Assembly: GCA_965261595.1 (NCBI GenBank)
Contig: CBDHDG010000001.1
Span: forward strand, 128,001 to 192,000
Source: a bacterium
GTDB taxonomy: Bacteria > UBA8248 > JACPRG01 > G963555815
Direction of reading: 5' to 3'
Length of the DNA stretch: 64,000 nt
The notes under the pieces: model-generated
The model's database searches: none
What the model was told of the DNA's origin: nothing
What the model saw: only the letters and a program-made list of their open reading frames with translations
Shown here: piece after piece, positions 37,051-48,111 of the stretch
How positions within the stretch are numbered: the stretch's first letter is position 1
Layout: each line of letters begins with the position of its first letter
Translations under genes and position numbers: made by a program

Positions 37051-38425
37051 CTACACCGGCACAACCACCGGATTCTCCAGCATCCCCTTTAGGAGCGCCA
37101 GGAACTCGGCGGCGGGGGCGCCGTCTACGATCCGGTGGTCGAACGACAGGCTCAGGTAGACGATGTCCCGGATTTCGATCTCGCCATCGACGACGACGGG
37201 CGTCGGGGTGATCTTCCCGATGCCCAGGATGCAACTGTTCGGCAGGTCGATGATGGGCGTGAACATCTGGATGCCGTACCCGCCCAGGTTCGTGATCGTG
37301 AACGTGGCGCCTTCGAGCGCGTCCGGGGTGATCCGGCCGTCCTTGGCCCGATCGGCCAGGTCACGGGTCTCGCGGGCGATTTGCCCCATGTCCTTTTGAT
37401 CCACGTTCCGGATAACGGGGACCATCAGGCCCCCCTCGACGTTCACGGCCACGCCGATGTTCACGTCGCCCAGGACCTCGATCACGTCGCCGTTCAGCCG
37501 GGAATTGACTTTCGGGTAGCGCCGGATGGCCCGCGCGACCTGATGGACGAAAATGTCGTTGTACGTCACCTTGACGCCGAACAGCGTCTCCCAACCCTCT
37601 TTGTTGGACTCGCGCATATCGACGATTCGCGATACGTCCACGTCGATCACTTCGGTGACGGTCGGCGCAGCCGACCAGCTTTGCGCCATCCGCCGGCCGA
37701 TGACCTCCCGCATCCCCCGGACCGGGATGGTCTCGAGGATTCCGCCCGGCGCGGCGGGAGCCGGGGGGGCGAACGCCGGAATCCCCGGCCCGGCCCGGGC
37801 GGCCTTGAGGATGTCGTCCTTGATGATGCGCCCCTTCGGGCCGCTGCCCTGAATCCGCCCTGGATCGATCCCCCGCTCCTTCGCCAGCCTCCGGGCCAGC
37901 GGGGAGATGAAGATCCGTCCGTTCGCGCGCGGGGGCGCGGCGGGCGTCACGGCCGGAGCCGCGGGGGAGGCGGCCCCCCCCCCCTCCGCCGCCTTGAGAA
38001 CGTCCTCCTTCACGATCCGCCCGCCGGGACCGCTGCCTTCGAGCGTCGAGACATCGACCCCCATCTCGGCGGCCAGCTTTTTGGCCACCGGAGAGATGGC
38101 GATCCGACCATTTCCCCGAGGGGGCGCCTCAGGGGGGGGGGGGGGGGGGGGCGGAGGGAGCGGGGGCCGCCGCGTCGACCTCTTCGCCCGCCGCGCCGAT
38201 GAAGGCGATCACATCGCCGGTGGGGACAACGTCTCCCTCGTTCGCCAGGAGCTTCAGAACCGTCCCCCCGGCCGGGGCCTCGACCTCGAATTCCACCTTG
38301 TCCGTCTGGATGGTCAGCAGGACCTCGCCCGTCTCGACGGGATCGCCCACGCCCTTGTTCCAGTTGAGGACGGTCCCCTGCTCCATCGTCAGTCCCAGCT
38401 TGGGCATGGTGACTTCAACGGCCAT
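37051..38425 (-). CDS. Dihydrolipoamide acyltransferase E2 (lipoyl + two E3-binding domains + catalytic), frameshifted in a G20 run
   Basis: MPKLGLTMEQG..TDK; two GSGPxGRIxKxD domains; TNLG, DHRIVDG; frame break at 38132-38151. Confidence 0.9.
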
Positions 38426-38487
38426 TCCGGCTATCTCCTTGCGTTCCCCCTCCGACAGCGGCCGCGGGGGAACCCTTGATCATCCGA

Positions 38488-39465
38488 TCATTCAGTCCAA
38501 AGCGCGCGCACGCCCTCGACAATCCTATCGACGTTCGGGATGACGGCATCCTCCAGATTGGGGGCGAAGGGCACCGGGGTCTCCAGCGCCGCCACCCTGC
38601 GGATGGGGGCGTCCAGATAATCCATGACCTCCTCGGCCGCCATCGCCGCGATCTCCGCCCCCCAGCCGCACCGCTTCACCGCCTCGTGAACGATGACCAG
38701 CCGGCTCGTCTTCCGGATCGAGGCCAGAATCGTTTCCCGGTCCAGGGGGAACAGCGTTCGCGGGTCGACCACCTCGACCTCGATCCCCTCCCCGGCCAGG
38801 ACCTCGGCGGCCTGAAGGGATCGGTGAACCATCCGGGAGGTCGAGACGATCGTCGCGTCCCGGCCCTCCCGCTTGACGTCGGCCTGACCCAGCGGGATCA
38901 GGTATTCCTCCTCGGGAACCGGTCCGGTCTCCGCGTAGAGCAGCTTGTGCTCGATGAAGAACACCGGGTCGTCGTCCCGGATGGCCGATTTCAGGAGACC
39001 CTTGGCGTCATAGGGCGTCGAGGGCATGACCACCTTCAGACCGGGAACGTGGACGAACCAGGCCTCCAGGCTCTGGGCGTGCTGCGCGGCGGAGGACCGC
39101 CCTGCCCCGCCCTGGGTCCTCAGAACGATGGAGGTGCTCGCCTTTCCCCCGAACATGTAGCGGACCTTCGCGACCTGGTTGACGATCTGGTCCATCGCCA
39201 CGCCGGAGAAATCTATGTACATGAGCTCGGCCACCGGCCGCATCCCGATGAGGGCCGCGCCCAGCGCCGCCCCGACGATGGCCTGCTCGCTGATGGGCGT
39301 ATTGCGGACCCGCTCGCGGCCGAACTCCTCCACCAGCCCCCGCGTCACCTTGTACGACCCGCCGAACTCGGCGATGTCCTCGCCCAGAAGGAACACGTCC
39401 CCGTCCCGGGCCATTTCTTCCCGCAAGGCCTCGTTCAGGGCGTCGCGGTAGGTCAGTTCGCGCAT
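38488..39465 (-). CDS. 2-oxoacid/acetoin dehydrogenase E1 beta subunit
   Basis: GEDI, RNTPISE, AAQHAQS, VPGLKVV, DPRTL. Confidence 0.95.
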   Translation of the reverse strand: MRELTYRDALNEALREEMARDGDVFLLGEDIAEFGGSYKVTRGLVEEFGRERVRNTPISEQAIVGAALGAALIGMRPVAELMYIDFSGVAMDQIVNQVAKVRYMFGGKASTSIVLRTQGGAGRSSAAQHAQSLEAWFVHVPGLKVVMPSTPYDAKGLLKSAIRDDDPVFFIEHKLLYAETGPVPEEEYLIPLGQADVKREGRDATIVSTSRMVHRSLQAAEVLAGEGIEVEVVDPRTLFPLDRETILASIRKTSRLVIVHEAVKRCGWGAEIAAMAAEEVMDYLDAPIRRVAALETPVPFAPNLEDAVIPNVDRIVEGVRALWTE

Positions 39466-39513
39466 GTCGCCTTCTCACAACCCGAAACCCACCCGGGAAC
39501 CGAAGAGACCGAC

Positions 39514-40488
39514 TCAGATCGACGCATACACATCCGTCAACGCCTCGGCGTCATCGGGCGGCGGGCTGTTTCGGGCGAAGTCCACGGCCTCTTCAATCTC
39601 GGCGGAAAGCCGGGCGCGCGTCTTCTCGAAGTCCTTCTTGCCGGCCCACCGGCCCTTGAGGAGGACCTTCTCGAACAGCTCGATGGGGTCCCGCTTCTTC
39701 CAGCCGTCGACCTCTTCCCGCGTGCGGTAGGCGGAGCCCGGGTCGCCCACGTAATGGCCGAGGAAGCGGTAGGTCTTGGCCTCGATGAGCGTGGGGCCTT
39801 TGCCCTTGCGCGCCCGGTCCACGGCCGCCCGCGCGACCTCATGGACGGCCAGCACGTCCTGGCCGTCCACGCTGACGCCGGGGATGTCGTAGGCCTTGGC
39901 CCGGTCGGCGATGTCCACAATGGATTGGTGCGTCCGCTGGGGGGTGGACTCGGCGTAGAGGTTGTTCTCGCAAACGAACACGGCCGGGAGCCGCCAGAAG
40001 GCGGCGAGGTTGATCCCCTCGTGGAAGGCCCCTTCGTTGGCCGCCCCGTCGCCGAAGAAGGCCACCTGAACCTGCTTGGTCTTCCTGAGTTGAAAGGCCA
40101 GGGCCGCGCCCGCGGCTATGGGGATGCCCGCGCCGACGATCCCGTTGGCCCCGAGGATGCCAAGGGCCTGGTCGGCGATGTGCATCGACCCGCCCTTGCC
40201 TTTGCAGTAACCCGTCGTCCGGGCGTAAAGCTCGGCGAACATGGGGCCGAACGCGCACCCCTTGGCGAGGACGTGGCCGTGGCCCCGGTGCGTCCCGATG
40301 ATGTGGTCCTCACGCTTGAGGGCCGCGCAGACCCCGACCGCGACAGCCTCCTCGCCGATGTAGGCGTGGAGAAAGCCCGGCAGCTCCCCCGCCTGGAAGA
40401 TCTCGATGGACTTCTCCTCGAAGAGCCGGATGCGGAGCATGTCTTTGTACAGGCGGAGATAGAGGGATTTATTCGAGGCGCGGGGCAT
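39514..40488 (-). CDS. 2-oxoacid/acetoin dehydrogenase E1 alpha subunit (AcoA-like)
   Basis: PGFLH, THRGHGH, GKGGSMH, GDGA..ENN TPP motif, TYRFLGH. Confidence 0.95.
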   Translation of the reverse strand: MPRASNKSLYLRLYKDMLRIRLFEEKSIEIFQAGELPGFLHAYIGEEAVAVGVCAALKREDHIIGTHRGHGHVLAKGCAFGPMFAELYARTTGYCKGKGGSMHIADQALGILGANGIVGAGIPIAAGAALAFQLRKTKQVQVAFFGDGAANEGAFHEGINLAAFWRLPAVFVCENNLYAESTPQRTHQSIVDIADRAKAYDIPGVSVDGQDVLAVHEVARAAVDRARKGKGPTLIEAKTYRFLGHYVGDPGSAYRTREEVDGWKKRDPIELFEKVLLKGRWAGKKDFEKTRARLSAEIEEAVDFARNSPPPDDAEALTDVYASI

Positions 40489-40539
40489 GTTTGGCGGGGT
40501 CCTTTACGCGATGGATTGTCGGCCATTCAAGCGGACGAC

Positions 40540-40567
40540 AGAATATCACCCCGCCGGGCGATGTCAA
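40540..40567 (-). promoter_or_regulatory. Putative sigma-70 promoter of the E1/E2 operon
   Basis: TTGACA-N16-TATTCT with a TG extended -10 on the minus strand. Confidence 0.5.
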
Positions 40568-40868
40568 TTCGTCCGGCCGTTTAAGGACAAGTCATCGGAG
40601 CCCGATTAACCCTATTGTTGACAAAAGGTTAGGAGCTTTGAAAGTCCATATCCAAACTGGAAACGCATCCATACAGGGTATTTGGCCCAAATCATGCAGG
40701 AAAAACAAAAGGAATTTTGCCTGTTGAAATAAGGAGATTTCGCCCTCTGTTCAGGGTCTCTTGAGACGCGCCACCTAAACCATATGGTCATAGCCGGCCT
40801 GATTCGCTTTAGCTTGCAGGGAAACCGGGCAAGCGGCCCGCGCCGGCGTCCGGATGGGATAAATCGAC

Positions 40869-43258
40869 ATGGATTCCTGGACGACGATCCTGGATTGGCT
40901 CTCGAAGCTCGGGGATCGCACACTCTCCGAGCTGATCGGCATCGGTCTGGCCGTTCTCGCGGTCCTCATGTGGGTGTTCTACCGGTCCCTCCATTGGATC
41001 AAAAACCTGCGTCGCGCGGCGCCCGCGGCGCCATCCCCGGCCTTCCCCAGGATTATCAACCCCGAGATCAGGACCTGGACCCGCTCAAGAAAGAAATCCT
41101 CAACGGGTCCCGACGGCCGGTCGGCGTCGTCGGGGCGTCCCGCGGCGCGAGCCAGCGAGGGATGGGCGGCATCGAAAAATCCGTCATGGCCGCCGCGCTG
41201 GCCCGGGACCGGGAGGTGAAAAAGGCGTTTCCCCAGGGCGTGTTTTGGTTGTCGTTCGGCCGGCAGGCCCGGGAAGCGGACAAACGCTCGGAGTTTCTCC
41301 GGGCGCTGGGCGAGCCCGAGACGGCTTCCGGCAATCCGCGGGAGGACCGGACCCGTATCGCCGAAGCGACGGCGGGCCGCGATTGTCTCGTGGTCCTGGA
41401 CGATGTCCGGACGCCCGGGGACGCGGAAGCCTTCACCCCCCTGGGCGGAAAGAGCCGGCTGCTCGTAACGACCCGCGACGACGCCGTCCTGGAGAAGATC
41501 CAAGCCCAACCCTTCCGGCTCGCCCAACTTTCGCCGGGAAAGTCCCTGTCCCTGTTGGCGGGCATCACCCGGCAGGGGGCGGAAACCCTGCCCGCCGAAG
41601 CCGGCGACCTCGCAAGGGAATGCGGGCGCCTTCCGCTGGCGTTGACCTTGGTCGGGCGGCTCATTCGCGGCGGCCGGCTCACCTGGAAAGGCGCGCTGGA
41701 GCGTTTGCGCAAGATGGACATCGGCCCGCTGGCCGGCCCGGCGCTCGAACATGAGCATCCGGGGGTCCTGGCGGCCCTTCAGCTTAGTGTGGAAGAGCTC
41801 TCCAACATGGAAAAAGGCGCTTTCCTCGACTGCGCCGTGTTTCCGGAGAACGTGGCCATTCCCGAATCCGCCCTCATGACCCTGTGGCCGAACCGCTCGT
41901 CCCATCCGAAAGAGCTCGCCCATCTCGCGCAACAACTGGTCAACCGCTCACTGCTTCAAAGGGATGGTCCGGACAGGTTTCGGATTCAAAACCTCTTTCA
42001 CGACTACCTCCTCGCCACATGCGCGAATCCGCCCGCCCTCCACCGGGGGCTGCTGCGCGCCTATGCAGGCCGCTGCCCACGCGGCTGGCCCAGCGGCCCG
42101 GACGACGGGTATTTCTTTCAGCGCCTCCTCTATCACCTCGCCCAAGCGGGCGAAACCCGGACCCTGCGCGCCCTGCTGCTCGATTACGACTGGATCGCGG
42201 CCCGGCTGAAGGCGGGGGGGGTGTCGGCCGTCCTCGGCGACTATGAAGCGGCGGCGGACGACGACGAAGACCTGCGCCTGGTCCGGCAGACCCTCAACCT
42301 CTCCGCTCCACTCCTCGCCCTGGACCCGGACTCATTGGCCTCCGAGCTTATCAGCCACCTTCACGATTCCGGCCGGGAGGATATCGACGTCCTGGTCGCG
42401 AAGGCCGCACAGGCCCTGGGCGCTTCCCTGCTCCAAGCCGAAGAGGCTTCACCGCCCCCGCCGGGCGGGCCCCTCATTCAGACCCTGAAAGGCCACGCCG
42501 CCACGGTCACGGCGGTGGCGGTCCTGGACAGCGGGCGCGCCATCTCCGCATCCATCGACAACACCCTCAGGCTCTGGGACCTGGATATGGGCGAGACCCT
42601 GGAGGTCTTCGAAGGGCATTCCGGCTGGGTCACGGCCGTGGCCGCCCTGGACGGCGAGCGCGCCATCTCCGCGTCATACGACAACACCCTCAGACTCTGG
42701 GATCTAGAATTCGGGGAACCCCTCACGATCTTTCATGGCCATCCGGATTGGGTCCGGGCGGTCGCTGTCCTGAACGGCGGCCGCGCCCTCTCCGCATCCG
42801 ACGACCACACGCTCAGGCTCTGGGACATCGAGTCCGGAGAGACCCTGAGGATCCTCGAGGGGCATGCGGGTCCGGTCAGGACGGTGGCAGTCCTGGACGA
42901 CCATCGCGCCATCTTCGGGTCGGTCGACAACACGCTCAGGGTCTGGGACATCGAGTCGGGAAAAACCTTGAGGATCTTCGAGGGACATTCGCACCCGATC
43001 AGGGCGGTGGCGGTCCTGGACGGAGAGCGGGCCATCTCCGCGTCCGATGACAACACCCTCATGATCTGGGAGCTGACACCCGAATCACCACGCCTGAACC
43101 CCGAAGGGCAAGCGGAGCCTTTCCGCGCCCCGCCCCCCCTTGAATGGCGGACACGCCGACTTCACTCCCGACCACCCCTTCGGCCTCCGGGGTGTGAAGA
43201 GCGGGGAGGGGTGATCCCATCGTTCCACGGCTACGGGACGGGGGAACAGTCCAATTAG
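40869..43258 (+). CDS. Apaf-1-like STAND protein: N-terminal TM helix, NB-ARC, helical domain, five WD40 repeats; frameshift near 41000-41025
   Basis: TM LIGIGLAVLAVLMWVFY in one frame; GMGGIEKS, FPQGVFW, LVVLDD, LVTTR, CGRLPLAL, YHL and WD40s in another. Confidence 0.8.
42479..43075 (+). repeat. Five highly similar 123-bp (41-aa) WD40 coding repeats
   Basis: GH codons at 42491, 42614, 42737, 42860, 42983. Confidence 0.95.
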
Positions 43259-43279
43259 CCGCGCGGCGGGCCGGTTTCC

Positions 43280-43307
43280 TTGACTTGCCCCCTGCCCGGC
43301 CTATAAT
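43280..43307 (+). promoter_or_regulatory. Sigma-70 promoter
   Basis: TTGACT-N16-TATAAT. Confidence 0.7.
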
Positions 43308-43388
43308 GTCAGCCTTGGCTGATTTTACGAGTCGAGCGAACCCTCACCGCATAAACGTCCCCTGGCCCGTCGGATTGAACGAAACCCC

Positions 43389-43544
43389 ATGAGACGCGAA
43401 ATCGAAGCGGCCGTACTCATCGTCTTCGTCTATGTCTGTACAATCGCCGGCATCAAGATTGGAGATCTGAATTACAAGGTCTTTCTCTTTCTGATGGCCG
43501 GCATGTTCGCGCTCGCCCTCTTCAGGCCCAGGCGCCAACCCTAG
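43389..43544 (+). CDS. Small two-helix membrane protein (51 aa; absent from the ORF track)
   Basis: Hand translation MRREIEAAVLIVFVYVCTIAGIKIGDLNYKVFLFLMAGMFALALFRPRRQP. Confidence 0.6.
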   Translation: MRREIEAAVLIVFVYVCTIAGIKIGDLNYKVFLFLMAGMFALALFRPRRQP

Positions 43545-43592
43545 GGCCCATCTCCCGGGGAAAGCGCGCGTCCGAGGAAGAGATCCGCCCAA

Positions 43593-43669
43593 GGCGGTGT
43601 AGCTCAGTTGGTTAGAGCATGCGGCTCATATCCGCAGTGTCCGGGGTTCGAATCCCTGCACCGCCACCA
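43593..43669 (+). tRNA. tRNA-Met(CAT), probably elongator
   Basis: GGCGGTG..CACCGCC-A-CCA, paired 1:72, anticodon arm TGCGG-CTCATAT-CCGCA. Confidence 0.92.
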
Positions 43670-43759
43670 CTTTTCTTGTTTTTTAACAGGAAGATCCGGG
43701 CTTCGACCCTTTCGCCTCGCCGAACCCGGCCCGGCCGGCGAAGCGCCTCGAGGGACGCC

Positions 43760-45235
43760 GTGCACCCATTCCTGGCGTCAATGCTGAAAACCGTTGAGAA
43801 GTACAGGATGTTTCGTCCCGGAGAAAAAATCCTGGTCGGCGCATCCGGCGGACCGGATTCGGTCTCCCTTCTCCACGGTCTGCGGACTTGTTTCGGCGAC
43901 CGCCTCAACCTCGTCGCGGTCCACATTCATCATGGCCTGCGCGGAGAGGAGGCCGACTCGGACGCCTCGTGGGTGCGGGAGTTTTGCGAGTCCTTGGGCG
44001 TCGAATGCCTCACCCGGAACATCGAACCCGACGGGTGGTCGGCCCCTCCGCAAGAATCCGTTCAGATGCGGGCCCGGAAGCTGAGATACGGGATCTTCGA
44101 GACGCTGGTCCGTGAGCGGGGCGCCGACCGCCTGGCCCTCGGGCACACCGCGGACGACCAGGCTGAAACCGTCCTGCTCAACCTGATTCGCGGCCCCGGC
44201 CGGCCGGGGCTTGCGGGCATCCCGCCCCTCCGGCCCATCGCGCGGGCAGGGGGGGCCACCGTCATCCGCCCCCTCATCGAGACCTCCCGCGAGCTGATTT
44301 TTCGGCGCCTACGGGAAGAACAAATCTCTTACCGCGAAGATTCGAGCAACCAATCCGACCGATATCTGAGAAACCGGATCCGGCGACACCTGATTCCCGA
44401 GCTCGCGTCTTACAACCCGGGCATCCGGGATGCACTCGGGCGGACGGCGGAGATCCTGCGTGCCGAGGAGTCGTGGATGGAGTCGGAGGAAACGCGCGCG
44501 TTGAGCTCCATCACCCTGCCCCCGGACAAAGAAGGGTTCAGCGTTTCAATCCCGCGACTTCTGGGGCTTCCCCTGGCGCTTCAAAGGCGTGTAACAATTA
44601 GAATTTTAAGGGGCGCCGCGTTTACAGCGGTAGGCTTCGACCACGTTGAAACCCTCCTGGCTCACGTTCGGGATTCCGCGCGCGGAGGTCCGGGGGGCGA
44701 AAGGCGCATCTGCCTCCCCGGCGGAGTCGCCGCGATCCTGGAGAGGGAAACCATCCGTTTTCTCCCGGAAGACGCGACGGCGCCTCCCGACATCGAACGG
44801 ATGCGGAGCGGATGGGGGCTTCCCGTCCCCGGCATGACGGAACTGGCCCCTTGGGGCATCCGGATGGAGACCGCCCTGTCCTCCTCCGGGGAGGACCCCT
44901 CTCCCCCCCCCCTCCCCTCTTCGATTCACGAGGCGCATCTGGACCTCGATTTGACGGGAACCGCGCTCTCGGTCCGGTCCCGGCGTCCGGGCGACCGTTT
45001 TCGCCCCCTGGGACTCGGCGGGACGAAAAAGATCCAAGACTTTCTGGTGGACGCCCGAGTCCCCAAACGCCGCCGGGATCACGTCCCCCTGCTGGTGACC
45101 GAAACGGGCGAAATCGCGTGGATCATCGGGCATCGAATCGACGACCGGTTCAAAATCCGGGCCGGCACCAAACGGGTCCTGCGGCTCAAAGCCACCCCCA
45201 TCGATCGTCCCGAAGAACCGGCGGCGGAAAATTGA
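43760..45235 (+). CDS. tilS: tRNA(Ile)-lysidine synthase
   Basis: SGGPDS, HHGLRG, ARKLRY, GHTADDQAET, RNRIR, C-terminal KKIQD domain. Confidence 0.96.
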   Translation: MHPFLASMLKTVEKYRMFRPGEKILVGASGGPDSVSLLHGLRTCFGDRLNLVAVHIHHGLRGEEADSDASWVREFCESLGVECLTRNIEPDGWSAPPQESVQMRARKLRYGIFETLVRERGADRLALGHTADDQAETVLLNLIRGPGRPGLAGIPPLRPIARAGGATVIRPLIETSRELIFRRLREEQISYREDSSNQSDRYLRNRIRRHLIPELASYNPGIRDALGRTAEILRAEESWMESEETRALSSITLPPDKEGFSVSIPRLLGLPLALQRRVTIRILRGAAFTAVGFDHVETLLAHVRDSARGGPGGERRICLPGGVAAILERETIRFLPEDATAPPDIERMRSGWGLPVPGMTELAPWGIRMETALSSSGEDPSPPPLPSSIHEAHLDLDLTGTALSVRSRRPGDRFRPLGLGGTKKIQDFLVDARVPKRRRDHVPLLVTETGEIAWIIGHRIDDRFKIRAGTKRVLRLKATPIDRPEEPAAEN

Positions 45236-45359
45236 GGTTGAAAAGACCACGCTGAGACCCTAAGCTGAATAGGGGGTCATCTCTCGACTTTTCCGGCCAT
45301 GGAAGTCAGGGCGCATCGAGATCCGCAGCCCTTGGACCCGGACCGAGGAGAAGGGCAGG

Positions 45360-47279
45360 TTGAATCAATTCTATCGAAATCTGGCGTTATGGCTCGTGAT
45401 CGGCTTGATCATGATCGCTATCTTCCAGTTGTTCCGCCCTCAAACCCGCGCGAGCGATATCGGCTACAGCGAGTTCGTTCGGGCGATCGAGGAACAACGC
45501 ATCCTGGAAGTCGTCATCCAGGGGGAAAACATCCGCGGCCGTTACCTGGACGGGAAACCGTTCCGCACCTACGTGCCCAAAGACAACACCCTGGTCCCGC
45601 TCATGAGGAAAAAGGGGGTCAACATCCGGGTGCAGCCGCCCGACCAGGGGTCCTGGTACACCAACCTGCTCCTGTCCTGGCTGCCGATGCTGCTTCTGTT
45701 GGGCGTGTGGATCTTCTTCATGCGCCAGATGCAGGCGGGCGGAACCAAGGCCCTGTCGTTCGGGAAAAGCCGGGCGCGCCTCACGGACCAGAAATCCAAG
45801 GTCACGTTCGCCGACGTGGCGGGCGTCGATGAAGCGAAAGAAGAGCTGCAGGAGATCATCGATTTCCTCAAAGACCCTCAGAAATTCCAGCGACTGGGCG
45901 GGAAAATTCCGAAGGGCGTCCTCCTGATGGGCGCCCCGGGCACCGGAAAAACACTGATGGCGCGGGCGATCGCCGGCGAGGCCTCAGTCCCGTTTTTCAC
46001 CATCAGCGGCTCGGATTTTGTTGAAATGTTCGTGGGCGTCGGGGCCTCGCGGGTCCGCGACCTGTTCGAGCAGGGGAAAAAACACGCCCCCTGCATCGTC
46101 TTCATCGACGAGATTGACGCGGTGGGGCGGCATCGGGGCGCCGGCCTGGGCGGCGGTCACGACGAACGGGAGCAGACCCTGAACCAGCTCCTGGTCGAGA
46201 TGGACGGTTTCGAGAGCAGTGAAGGGGTCATCCTGATCGCCGCCACCAACCGGCCGGACGTGCTCGACCCGGCCCTGCTTCGGCCCGGGCGCTTCGACCG
46301 CCGGGTTATCGTTCCGCATCCTGACATCAAGGGCCGTCTGGGCATCCTCAAGGTGCACAGCAAGAACGTCCCGATGACGGAGAACCTGGACCTCGAAATC
46401 CTTGCCAGGGGAACGCCCGGCTTCTCGGGAGCGGATCTGGCCAACCTCGTGAACGAGGCGGCGCTCTACGCCGCCGGCCAGGGGAAAAAGTTCGTCGCGA
46501 TTGACGACATGGAGTACGCCAAAGACAAGGTCATGATGGGCAAAGAGCGGCGCAGTCTGGTCATCAGTGACGAGGAAAAGCGCGTGACGGCCGTTCACGA
46601 GGCCGGCCACGCCCTGGTGTCGAAGAAGGTTCCGGGCAGCGACCCGCTCCACAAGGTGACCATCATCCCCAGAGGGATGGCCCTGGGTCTGACCCACGCC
46701 CTGCCCGTCGAAGACCGCTACAACCGCGATAAAGCCTTCCTCCTCGGGGAAATCGCCATCCTCATGGGCGGACGGGCGGCCGAAGCCGTCATCCTGGACC
46801 AGCAAAGCCAGGGCGCGGCCAACGACATCGAGCGCGCCACCCAGCAGGCCCGGAAAATGGTCTGCGAATGGGGCATGAGCGAGCGGTTGGGGCCGCTGGC
46901 CTTCGGCAAAGAAGACGAAATGATCTTCCTCGGCAGAGAGATCCAGCGTCACAAAGATTACAGCGAGAAGACCGCCGAGGCGATCGACGCGGCGATCAAG
47001 CGCATCGTCATCGAAAGCTACGACCGGGCGAACAAGATCATCCGGGAAAACCGCGCCGCCCTGGAGGCCATCACCGAAGCCCTGATGGAAAGGGAATCCA
47101 TCAACGGCGATGAAGTGGGCTTGCTGATTCGGGGTGAGAAACTGCCCCCGATTTCCATCGAACCGGAACCGAAGGACAATGCGGGAGAAGAGAGGTCCCA
47201 GGAGGACTCGGAAGCGCCCTCGAAACCCCCCGTTCCCGAAAGAATTCCGCCGGGTCCGCCCAGCGAGCAACCCGCGTAA
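45360..47279 (+). CDS. ftsH: ATP-dependent zinc metalloprotease FtsH
   Basis: Two TM helices, [25 protein letters not shown]. Confidence 0.98.
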   Translation: MNQFYRNLALWLVIGLIMIAIFQLFRPQTRASDIGYSEFVRAIEEQRILEVVIQGENIRGRYLDGKPFRTYVPKDNTLVPLMRKKGVNIRVQPPDQGSWYTNLLLSWLPMLLLLGVWIFFMRQMQAGGTKALSFGKSRARLTDQKSKVTFADVAGVDEAKEELQEIIDFLKDPQKFQRLGGKIPKGVLLMGAPGTGKTLMARAIAGEASVPFFTISGSDFVEMFVGVGASRVRDLFEQGKKHAPCIVFIDEIDAVGRHRGAGLGGGHDEREQTLNQLLVEMDGFESSEGVILIAATNRPDVLDPALLRPGRFDRRVIVPHPDIKGRLGILKVHSKNVPMTENLDLEILARGTPGFSGADLANLVNEAALYAAGQGKKFVAIDDMEYAKDKVMMGKERRSLVISDEEKRVTAVHEAGHALVSKKVPGSDPLHKVTIIPRGMALGLTHALPVEDRYNRDKAFLLGEIAILMGGRAAEAVILDQQSQGAANDIERATQQARKMVCEWGMSERLGPLAFGKEDEMIFLGREIQRHKDYSEKTAEAIDAAIKRIVIESYDRANKIIRENRAALEAITEALMERESINGDEVGLLIRGEKLPPISIEPEPKDNAGEERSQEDSEAPSKPPVPERIPPGPPSEQPA

Positions 47280-47360
47280 AGACAAGGGCGGGCCGTCCGC
47301 CCGCACCCTGAAGAAGGGCGATGTTTCGCCCCCCCCCCCGCTGAACCTTGCCTGATCCCG

Positions 47361-48107
47361 ATGGCTCACCTCTGTGTCAATGTAGACCACATCGCAACCA
47401 TCCGGCAGGCCCGCCGGACGGTGGAGCCCGATCCCGTCTGGGCGGCCGTTCAGGCGGAGCTGGCCGGCGCCGTCGGCATCACCGTCCATCTTCGCGAGGA
47501 TCGCCGCCACATCCAGGACCGGGACGTCCGGCTTCTGCGGGAGTCCGTGCGGGGGAAGCTCAATTTAGAAATGGCGGCCGTCGAAGAGATGCGCCGATTC
47601 GCCCTGGACGTCAAGCCGGACCAGGCCTCCCTGGTCCCCGAAAAGCGCGAGGAACTCACGACGGAAGGCGGCCTGGAGGCGGCCGGGCAGGAGCGCAGGC
47701 TCAAGGAATTCGTCTCGACATTGCGCGGAGAGGGGATTCCGGTCAGTTTGTTCATCGACCCGGACCCGAAACAAATTGACGCGGCCCGCCGCCTCGGCGC
47801 GGACTTCATCGAGATCAACACCGCCGCGTACTCCGAGGCCAAAACCCCGGCGGCGGCGGGCGCGGAGATCGCCGTCATCCTGGCGGGCGTGACGCGGGCC
47901 CGCCAAGCGGGTCTGGGCGTCCACGCCGGCCACGGCCTCACCTACCTCAACGTCGTCCGCATCGCCGCGATTCCTGAAATCTCGGAGTTGAACATCGGTC
48001 ACAGCATCGTTTCCCGCGCCGTCTTCTCGGGCATGGAGATGGCCGTCCGGGACATGATGACCCTGATCGAGAACGCCTCCTCTGAACCCGACCCCTCCCT
48101 TGAATAA
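47361..48107 (+). CDS. pdxJ: Pyridoxine 5'-phosphate synthase
   Basis: [31 protein letters not shown]. Confidence 0.97.
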   Translation: MAHLCVNVDHIATIRQARRTVEPDPVWAAVQAELAGAVGITVHLREDRRHIQDRDVRLLRESVRGKLNLEMAAVEEMRRFALDVKPDQASLVPEKREELTTEGGLEAAGQERRLKEFVSTLRGEGIPVSLFIDPDPKQIDAARRLGADFIEINTAAYSEAKTPAAAGAEIAVILAGVTRARQAGLGVHAGHGLTYLNVVRIAAIPEISELNIGHSIVSRAVFSGMEMAVRDMMTLIENASSEPDPSLE

Positions 48108-48111
48108 CGCC

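Noticed and set aside
40784..40868. ORF-track start (40784) for the NB-ARC protein
   Set aside because: The first ~80 aa look non-coding; the alternative frame from 40869 has better codon usage and a clear TM helix
42479..43075. Regular repeats as a CRISPR array or DGR target
   Set aside because: They are in-frame 123-bp WD40 coding units with no spacers, cas genes or reverse transcriptase; the 13854 and 60958 repeats also lack spacers
43593..43669. CAT-anticodon tRNA directly upstream of tilS as tRNA-Ile2
   Set aside because: The acceptor stem GGCGGTG (G4, G5) resembles elongator tRNA-Met and lacks the C4-G69/C5-G68 pairs described as TilS determinants; adjacency alone is not evidence. An isotype model would settle it.
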